Assembly (NCBI GenBank): GCA_004431415.1
Contig: QPMI01000133.1
Location: 62,001 to 126,000 of the forward strand
Direction: 5' to 3'
Source: Cyanophora paradoxa CCMP329
Lineage: Eukaryota > Plantae > Glaucophyta
Length of the DNA: 64,000 nt
The notes beneath the pieces are model-generated. The model worked only from the letters and a program-made list of their open reading frames with translations. It was not told the origin of the DNA and did no database searches. The position numbers and the translations under genes are program-made. Within the stretch, counting starts at the first letter, position 1; every line of letters starts with the position of its first letter. Below, piece by piece: positions 55,257 to 64,000 of the stretch.

Positions 55257-56787
55257 GCGGCCGGCCGGCCGGCCGCCCCGCGCGCCCGCGCGCCCCCGGC
55301 GGGCCGCCCGCCCACGGCCTGCATCCCGCACGCCCTTCCGGCGAACTCCGCCGCGCCCCACTGATGCCTGTGACCCGAACAAGACGCCCATTCATCCTCC
55401 CAACCCCTGCTCCTTCCGACGCCCTTCTTCTCTTCCGGGAGCCCCGCCTGGAGCTCCGGCCCCCGCAGCTCTCTCTACTTTCGCCGCGGCTCAGTCGGCC
55501 CCCTCTTCGCATTTTACAGAAGAAACCGACGCCCCCAACAGTGAGGTGGCACCCGCCGCCCTTCAGCCCGGTCGAACGCCGGCCGTCCCGTCATCATCGG
55601 CCTTTTCTATGTAGTGTTCGTTTGTTTGCTCTCTCGATTCAGCGCCGCGCCCTCTCTTTGTCAATGGGCCGCCGCCACCACACAGAATACCTCTCCCTCC
55701 TTTTCAAATAGGAGCACAGTCAGTAGCTCTAGCTTGTCTTCCGCAGCTCCTTTTATATCGCTCGGAAGCGTCGTAAGCAGCCGCTCGTCAGTAGCGTTTG
55801 TGCTTGGTTACACCTGGGTTTCTCAGTTCATGGCTCGCACGCCATGTTTGTGCACTAGAGATAGCTATGGGATTCAAACTTTCTCCTGCAATTTCTTACA
55901 TCTTTCGTACCCCCTTCCCTTCCCCCTTCCCTTGGCGTCCGTCTTCAGATCCGTTGGAGAGCGAGTGTTGAGTTACATTCGTCGATTGCGTGTAGATGCA
56001 GGCTCGGGCTTCGCCCGCCCTGCCCCTCCCCTCCTTTTGCTATTACCATGGGGTATCATGCAAAAATTCAAAAAACAAATCATGGGGAATCCCCCGTCGT
56101 GCGCGAGGTCCGGACTCGGGGGCTTCATTGGGGCGCGAATTCGAAGGCCGTGGCAGACTATAGCTAGACTCTGAGAGTCGTGATCATGATGGCATGATCA
56201 TGAACCTGTCCATCACAGCGCTGGCCGGACTAGTACGTACTCGGCGGAGCTCGACTTGGCGAGTGCTAGTTCCAAGAATCAACTTTTTGAGTCAAGCGCC
56301 CGCGAGTGCGGTGGCTCATGCATATGAATTCGAGCATGATAATGATCAAGCTTCAGGCCTTGAAGGCTTGGATCCGCCGGGCCAGAGCATCAGCTCTAGA
56401 CTCTGAGAGCTCGATCCGAGGAAACTCGGCGCCGGCGAATTCGATTCAAGCGTTTGATTTGATTTCATGATCCGATGATCTCAGATTATATTATAATTAA
56501 AAGCTACAATCAAATTAGTGTACAACGAGCAGCGAAGAACTTCACAAGAATTACGAATACAAGCTAATACAAACTGTTGTGAAAACAACGAGCCATGAGC
56601 GCCTAGCAGGATCGAGAGCGGGGAGACCCGCCGCAGCACGCTGGCGGCCGGCCGAAGGATGCAGGAGACTACTGTACTATATAACCTAGAGCGAAGCAGA
56701 GTATGGGGCCCCCGGTCGAAGCTTAAGGGGGACGCCGCGGCGCTGGCGATGGGAGCGATTCGAGGCAGAGGCGGAGGAGCACGGGGG

Positions 56788-57372
56788 CTAGCTAGAGGCG
56801 CGGTCCAATCCGGCTAGCAGGCGAGGACGGCGGCCGCGGGCGGCGCGGAGCCGAACATGCGCTCCGGGCAGAAGGCGCGCCGTGCGGCGATGCGGTCCGC
56901 GGCGCCGATCGGAGCGAAGAAGGCGCCGCGGGGCTCCGGCCGCGGCGCGGCGGGGCCCCACTCGAAGGCCGCGAGCTCCTCCTCTTCCTCCGCCGCCTCC
57001 GCAGGCGCGCCGACGAGCGCCGCAAGCGCCGCCGCAAGATCCGCGAGGCTGAGCGCCGACGGCGCCGCCTCCGGCTGCTCGGGGGCGGGGCGGGGGCCGG
57101 CGCCGGGGCGAGGCGGAGGGTGCGGGGCGGGCGGGGGCGGCGCCGGCGGGGCGGGCGTCGTCGGCGGGGACGGCCGCGGGGGAGTTGCGGGCTGCGTTCT
57201 CCTTGCCGCGCTTGGCGGCGGGCATGACAGGCGCCGAGAGGCGCTTCTTGCCGGGGCACGCGGGTGCGGGCGCCTCCGCGGCGCACGCCGGCACGGCCCG
57301 CGAGCTGCGGGAGCGCGCCGAGGCGAGCCCGGCGAAGGCGCCTTCGATCGGCATCACATCAACGACGGCCAT
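56788..57372 (-). CDS. Small hypothetical host protein (probably spliced)
   Basis: ATG 57372 in GCCATGG context, KKRLS/KRGKEN basic motifs; no recognised domain. Confidence 0.3.
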   Translation of the reverse strand: MAVVDVMPIEGAFAGLASARSRSSRAVPACAAEAPAPACPGKKRLSAPVMPAAKRGKENAARNSPAAVPADDARPAGAAPARPAPSASPRRRPPPRPRAAGGGAVGAQPRGSCGGACGARRRACGGGGGRGGARGLRVGPRRAAAGAPRRLLRSDRRRGPHRRTARLLPGAHVRLRAARGRRPRLLAGLDRASS

Positions 57373-59790
57373 GGCTGCTGCTAGCTGCTTGCTGTCTCGG
57401 CTGTGGACGGGGGCGAACTTAGCTACCGAAGGGCGCCCCGGCGATCTTGAAGGCCGAAGGGCTAGCGCTGCTGCTGGTCAGAGATCTGAAGGCCGAGCGA
57501 GGAATGAGCCGCTTCCGCTGCTGTCTGCTCCTTATGATGCTGTGCGCGCTTTCCGCCGCGCCGATGAGACCCGAAAAGGCCAGATTCTGGCGCGGGCGCC
57601 GGGGCGCGCCGAGGGTCCGCGCCGAGTTGACAGCGCCTTGGGATCCGCGCCGAGCTGACAACGCAGAATCTAGGGCGTGACTCCATCTAGCCTATGGCTG
57701 GAGAAAGTGCCGCATCACGCTCCCCCATGCAACGCCGGTCATGGAAGGCGCGGAGCGCGCGGACCGCGCGGCGGTCCTGGCGCGCGCCGCGCATTGAGAT
57801 CGTAGATATGGATCTGCGTCCATAGCAAACAGGATCAGAGGCGATCGGAGGTGCGCGCGGCGAGGCGCGCGGCGCTTGTCACACACCGCTTCATCGCCGG
57901 ACAAAAAAACAGCTGGTTGCAATTTGGCGGGGTACACTCGGACAGACCGCCTGCCTGCGTTTGGCTGCAGGTCGCTGCCGCACTGCAGGCCCTAGCGTAA
58001 GCTAGCTAAGAAGCACCTAGGCGGTCACTTCCATCGGTGCGCCGCCCGCGTGCCGCATTGCTCGGTGCTCCAAAACTTGGTTGCTGACTTCAACATGTGG
58101 CGCAACACAGCTTCCCAGCCCCCACGTAAGCGCCGCTGGTCGCTGGTGCCGTTCGCGCGCTACGCTCAATACCGGTGCGCCGTCCGCCTGCCAGCTGCGC
58201 TGCGCTCGCCTCGCACGCCTGCCGCTGCGTGACGCATCCGCAGCATTCGCGAGTCGGCGCCGTCACTACCGCTCGCCGCGCACCTCGCGCCTCGAGCGCG
58301 CGGCCCGAGCCATCGTGGGGCGCTAGATGCGCGAGGCGCGCGGCCTCGACCGCCTCGAGCGCCAGATCGCTTGAAGATCTCGTCTCCACGCATCTGTAGC
58401 TGCTGCTGGCGCTCCGAAGCGGCCCGTCTGGCGCCCGGCCGCGGCTCGCGCCGCGTCTCTCGATGTACGCGTACGGGCGCCAGGCGGAGATCGGGGATCT
58501 CGATGCGCCTCGAGCTCGAGCTCGCAGCCTGCAGCTGCAGAGTCCATACGCATGACCGGGCCTCGGCCTAGGCCTCCGGAGGCGAGCAGGCCGCCCGGTC
58601 GGAGCCGGACCCGGAGGCGCCATTTGCAGCTGCCATTTGCCCCGCGGCACGCGGCCGGCTTCCTTGCCCGCCGTCCGCCTCGTCCTTCTACTCGTACCCC
58701 CTCCCGGCGCTGTACCCTCTAGACCTGCTCAAACGCTGTAACCCCAGGCCCGCTCGCCAGCGCGAACGGCTCCAAGATCCTTCTCGATGGGGCACGCCGC
58801 CGGAGCTGCCTGGTGGGTTCTCCATTTTAGAAGCCCAACGGCCTTCGTTCGAATTCGGTTCTTGTTGACGAGTCCGCAGCCGACGAAGGCCGGTCCGCGC
58901 GTCCCGAGGCGCACGTGCGCACGGGGCGCCGATTCACAGCTCGCGCGCGGCATCCCGCGCGCGATCATCGGATTGGGGATATCGATGCCGCGGGGCGCGG
59001 CTCCGACCGCCTTCCCCGCCCGCCCCTCGAGCCGCCGCTCGCTCTCTTCCGGCCCGCCGCGGCGCGAGCCGCTGAGCGCCGGCGGGCTCCAAGCACCGGC
59101 ATCCCCTCCTCCGAGCAGTGCGCGTACCCACCGCCCCTCGCCCCACCCGTCCGACGCTCCTGTTCCTTATCCCGCTTTGTTTTCTGACGCTGCTCGTAGG
59201 CGGGACGGTACCAGGCGGCTAGTACTAGTGTCTCCCTCCGATCCCTTCTCGAGCTCCGATCCCCGGCCCGCCCTTAGCCTCATCTACGTATACGGATGCT
59301 GAATGTTCAATTGAAAGACAGTATACGTATTCAAAAGAAACGATTCGAGCTACCAAGCAGGCTAAGAATATAACTTGTTAATTCGGTTTAGGTTAACAGG
59401 CCAGGTTCGGTTACATAGGATGTGCACGTACATAAACTGCCGTAAATGCACGTACTAATAAGATTCGAAAGAATGTACAGCTGCCCCGGGGACGGGAATC
59501 GATGTCGCCCAGGGCACGTAAAAGCTCGCACCGAGCACGCGCGTATGATGAAAAAGGAGGGGATGCACGCTCGCAGATGCGAAAACGAAGGAGGAAGAGA
59601 CTCTACAGGGGGGCAGCCGCACCGCTGAGAAGCGGGCACCGCTCTAGCTAGCTTGCTCAAACGTTAACACTCTCAAAAAAACGACGCCGACAACTGCAAG
59701 CGAAAACGACGAAGGCGCCGCGGCCAGGGCGGGTCGCGGCCGGCCTCGGCGGCGAAAGGCGGAGCGGGCGGCCCCGGCCCCGCGCGCCCG

Positions 59791-60619
59791 TCAGTCCTCC
59801 GCCGACGAGAGACGGCTCACGCTCGGGCCGCAGGGCGGCACGTCCCGCAGGTCGAGGGACCAGGACCTGCCCGGCGCGAGCCGCGTGAGAGGGGCCGATC
59901 GCGACGCGAGATCGAATTCTCTCGATTCGGATCCGCACCAGAAGGGGTCGGCTTGGCGGGGGTCCTCGGGTTCAGGCGTCGGCGCCGCGGGGAGGCGCGC
60001 GAAGGAGGGACCCGGCGGCACGGAGGCAGGCCGCCGCTTGCACGAGAACGCCCCCCGCAGGAGGTTCTTCGCGACGCGCACGGCCGTGTCGCTGTGCCGG
60101 CGGATCGCGCGGACGAGCCGCTGGCCGCGGCCCCGCGGGTAGCACCCCGCCGCCTCGTCGTCCATCGCGTGCGCGCGGACGACGCACGTCCGCACGGCGT
60201 TCACGACTGCGACGCGCACGGCTTCAGCGAGAGAGCGCGCGCAGAGAGGGCCGCGGGGCGCACCGACTCCGTTCAGGAACGGCTTGATTCGCCGCGTGAA
60301 GAGCGCTCGGTCCTGGTTGTATCCCGGCACCTGCAGGAAAGAAGACGTCAGGGCGAGACGCGCGCGCGAGAAATCCGAAGGTACTGCGCCGCGCGCGGAC
60401 CTTGCCGAGAAGGTTGCGCCCGCGAGAGTCGACCCGCGCGGACTTGCACAGCGCCAGGACGATCATAACGAGGGGCGACTCTTCACCGTGGATCGAGTTC
60501 CTGCGAGCGCACGCCATGGCCAGCTCGTCAGCCGGGCGCTGACGTGAGCCCAGCCGAAAGCCGTACCAGATCCGTGAGTTGAGATCTTGTATGGAAACCG
60601 TGTCGCGAAGGAGGAGCAT
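59791..60619 (-). CDS. Hypothetical host protein (at least two exons)
   Basis: Non-repetitive protein-like frames (..NLLGK| and |VPGYNQDRALFTRRIKPFL..) joined by a GT-AG intron near 60330-60400. Confidence 0.35.
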
Positions 60620-62503
60620 CTTGCAGCGAGATCCCCTGTCAATCTACATCCAGGGAGCATATCAGCGCGGGCGCCACGCGATGAGAAGGGCGGCGGACCC
60701 TTTGTTCGAAAAAGCCCTCTTTGATCAGCGCCTCGACGACCATGTCAACGAAGCGCACTCCCGCGCTGGCTGTGGAGCCGCCGAGCTCGAGGATGCTGTG
60801 GCGGATGCGATCAGCCGCGCCGTGGCTCGAGCTCTAGATCTGCAGCTGCAGCTGCCTATAGCTGTATAGCTAGGCCTAGGGCTGCGCGCAAAAGATCCTC
60901 GCACCAGTCATGCAGGGTCGAGGCGGTGGGCATATCTCCGATGATCGACAACGCCGAATCAAGGAAGGCTGAGCGGTTTCGAACGAACTGGTCAAGGAGA
61001 GCGCGCGATCAAATTCGACGAAAAGGGGCGCACCCACGCCAGTGCTGGACTCTCCCCGTGCGGGGATAAGGATTTGTGGCGAGAGCTTCGCTGTTTTGCT
61101 TATGCTCCTGCCCGAGGACGCGAGCCGGATTCGCCCGAGATTCAACAGGTCAAGCATCGCTGCGCCAGCGAGACCGACCTGCACGAGCGCGCAGCATCAC
61201 TAGCGGTTCCTCTGATCACAGAGCGCACTCGGAGCTGAGTAAAGCGGCCGGTGGGGCCGGGAAAACACTTCTGGTTCAACGCAAAGGCTGGAACAGTGGC
61301 GGGAAGCTGGGGGCGCTCGGAGGACCCGTACATGGGCCTGAATCGCTCCAGAATGTGACCCGCACCTGGATTGCGCGCGGAGTCCAGTCCGCGCTGCGCC
61401 CGGAGGTGCTGCCCTCGCTCTCCCGGAGCGCCAGCAGCGCGAAGCTGCGCGTGAGGAAGCCCGCTTGCAGCTGCATTCGATTTTCGTACCGTTGCGCCGG
61501 CCGCAGCCGGGCTGAACGCCCTGGATCGATCCGATGATATCGTTGTGGTCTTGAATTTGCTGTACCCGGCCCCAAACGTGTTTCGCGCCGAGCGCGCCAG
61601 CGCTGCGGCCGCGCGTCACGCGCCGGGACTGCCACAACTCGCGATCGCGAGTTATCGAGCGCGAACCCGCATGAATCAGAGCGGGCTCGCACGAAACGCG
61701 ACCACGGACGTCGACGATCGATATGCTCTTCTGACACGATCTAGAACCCGAACTTCCTAGGCCTATGTGTGTACGAATCTGATAGAACACTAGCAGAACA
61801 CTACAATAATACAGCATGATATGTACGTAGAAATAAGCATGACACTTGAAAGCGTTACCATACGCATAACACCTGTGAGTCCATTCTCGCTCCTGACTAA
61901 GTCGCGCGAGGAGGACGAAGATAAGCGTGCGCACACCATAAGTTAACTAGCAATAAGTTCCCCATGAAAATACGCGGCCACGGAGGCTTGCGCGGGGGGC
62001 TACAGCTGCACGGCCTGGACGGCGCCGCCCCGGGCCAGGTCGGAGGCGGACGAGTCGGAGGGAACGGGCTGGCCCCGCCGGGCGGTGCCGCGGCCCCGCT
62101 GCGCCGACTCGCCGACCGACGAGCCGTTGCTGGGGCGCCTCCGGACCGGCGGGGTGCCGGAGGGGGTGGACTGGGCGGGGGGTAGCGAGGCGGAGGCGCG
62201 GTTGCGGTGGGGCGTCTCGAGGCTGGAGACGGAGTGGTGGACGACGTCCGAGGCGCGGGAGCCTGGGAAGGGGCGCTCGGGGGTGGCGGCGGGGGCGGAC
62301 GGGTCGATGTCCCACAGCGCCGGCCCGATCCAGAGCGGGTGCGCCGCGGTCGAGACGGGCCCGGGGCGGTGGGCGGCGGATCCGGAGTGCCAGGGGTCCC
62401 GGGGCGGCGCCGGCGCCGGGGCGAGGGGGGGCGTCTTCGCGGGCCGCGGGGCGGGGCCCGCGGCTTGGTGGCGTCGGCCCCAGGGGGCCCGGCGGCGACG
62501 TGG

Positions 62504-64000
62504 TCATGCGCCGGGCTTGCGCCGGGACCGACCGCGAGCGAGTCCGGTCGATGCGGGCGGGTGCGGGAGGGCCGGCCCGGCGGGTGCGCCCCCGGGGGCG
62601 AGGCCCTGGCCCGGAGGGGGTACAGGTCCAGGTAGATATCCTCGCTCTCGACCACGGAGTTGCGGTGGGCCCGCCCCGCCCGCCGCGCCCGGCGCGGCCC
62701 GCCGCCGCCGCGCCGCCGCCGCCGCCGCGCCGCCGGGGGTCGTCCCGCCCAGGGGTACGAGGACGCGCCCCTTGCCGCCGCTGCCGCTCTCGAGGGTGGG
62801 CGCCGGCTTGAGCGCCCCCGCGGAGCTCCCGCTCCCGTCCGAGTCCTCGCCGTCCGAGCTCCCCGGGGACGCCGGCTTCGGCTCGTACTTCTTGCCCGCC
62901 ATCAGGAGCGGGGGAACGGTCCGCCCGCGCTTCATGCAGCACTTGAGGAGCAGGATGTACCAGATGTAGAGGTTTCCCGCCACGCGGAACGCGAGCATTC
63001 CGAGGGAGAAGAGCGTCGAGAAGAAGTCGACGATGGAGGACTTGGCCTTCCGGTTCACGAGCACGTACGCGTCCGACAGCTCGAAGTAGACCTGGTAGAT
63101 AGAGAGAGAGGGCACGACAATGATAAGAATAACAACAATAAGACAGAGCCGAGCTCTACATGAAGATGGGCACCGTGTAGGCGAGGCGGTCCTTGGGGCA
63201 GACGGGCTGGTCGGGGAGGCACGGGTCGAAGTTCATCACGGTACGCTCCGCCTTCTCCGTGTCCGCCACCTGCCGAGCAAACAGACGGGGCGAAATCATG
63301 GGCGTTAGACTCAGAAGCAAAGCTGTGCTGCGTGCACTAGATTGATCCCCTTCTTCTTCTTCGAAGGGACGGACCTGGAGTGAGGCCGAGTAGCGGGGGT
63401 CGCCGTCCTTTTTGTCGGTGAAGTGCACGGGGGTCAGCCTGCGGGCGGGGATGATCATGAGCGCGCGCGGGGCGCCAGGGAGGAGGAGGAGGAAGGGGTC
63501 TTCGGGGCTTCCAGTGTCCCACCCACGGCTCCTAAGGCAAGCAGGCAAGCGGCCTTCTCTAGACATTACATCGTCGTCGAAGAGCTCTACGATATTCGAG
63601 GGGGCGCGAGCTTCCGGCGTGCGCATCGCAGCGCACGAGCTCTCAGATTATACGAGCTCTCGGACTATAGATCTCGAATTTTAAGATTTCAAAATCAGCG
63701 CACGAGACGACGAGGCCGACGGGTACGACGCCGCGGAAGACGCGGTCCGAGAAGCTCGTCGCGATCGTCCCGTTCGCCGACACGTCCGTCGGCACCTGGA
63801 GGCGCGGAGGAGGGTAAGGAAAGGGGAGGGGGGGAAGAAAGCGAGGGGGGTACTACGGCGCACGGCGGCGCGGTAGGAGACGAGGGCGGCGAGGGTGTTC
63901 CGCGAGGCGAGGAGGAAGGAGACGGTGACGTTGGAGGAGGCCGAGATGCGGCACGACTCGCAGACCCACGAGACGCTGCACGGTGCGCGGCGGGCCGCGT
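62504..64000 (-). CDS. 3' part of a host membrane protein, 5' end outside window
   Basis: Exons FTDKKDGDPRYSASLQ, VADTEKAERTVMNFDPC.., VYFELSDAYVLVNRK followed by hydrophobic IVDFFSTLFSLGMLAFRVAGNLYIWYILLL. Confidence 0.45.

Noticed and set aside
19200-64000. Numerous long R/P/A/G-rich ORFs on both strands
   Set aside because: Expected from stop-codon scarcity in very GC-rich DNA; most are antisense or off-frame shadows of spliced genes.
1-64000. tRNA, rRNA or other structured ncRNA genes
   Set aside because: None recognised by eye; a covariance-model search would be needed to exclude them.

Overview
Eukaryotic genomic window in two parts. Left part (1 to ~18.8 kb): an intronless, gene-dense, compositionally balanced endogenous Polinton-like virus that continues off the left edge. 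It encodes a long fibre-like ORF missing from the ORF track, a patatin-discoidin fusion, two head-to-head pentons, a double-jelly-roll-type major capsid, an A32 packaging ATPase, a pPolB-SF1 helicase-HNH fusion, a RING protein, an rve integrase, a DUF5710-like protein, an S-adenosylmethionine decarboxylase and a Zn-ribbon repeat protein, and it has shared promoter-like motifs and a 22-bp tandem array. Right part (~19-64 kb): very GC-rich host DNA with many short spliceosomal introns, from an alga or protist; a glaucophyte-like host is only an inference. Host genes are an F-box protein, two copies of a CDF/ZnT transporter, ornithine aminotransferase (with an AT-AC minor intron), a TMEM249-like gene and a PB1-Raf-like kinase. 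Between the two CDF copies lies the most striking item, a ~12 kb minus-strand, intron-rich gene that I spliced partly by hand. It encodes tandem TIR domains (both keep the catalytic Glu), a helical linker, one TM helix, a coiled-coil stalk built from heptad-multiple exons and a large beta-propeller-like region. Every landmark motif matches bacterial TIR/STAND-WD40 proteins, so it is a candidate bacterial-type 'inverted Toll-like' receptor in a eukaryote. All assignments come from motif recognition by eye; no searches were run.
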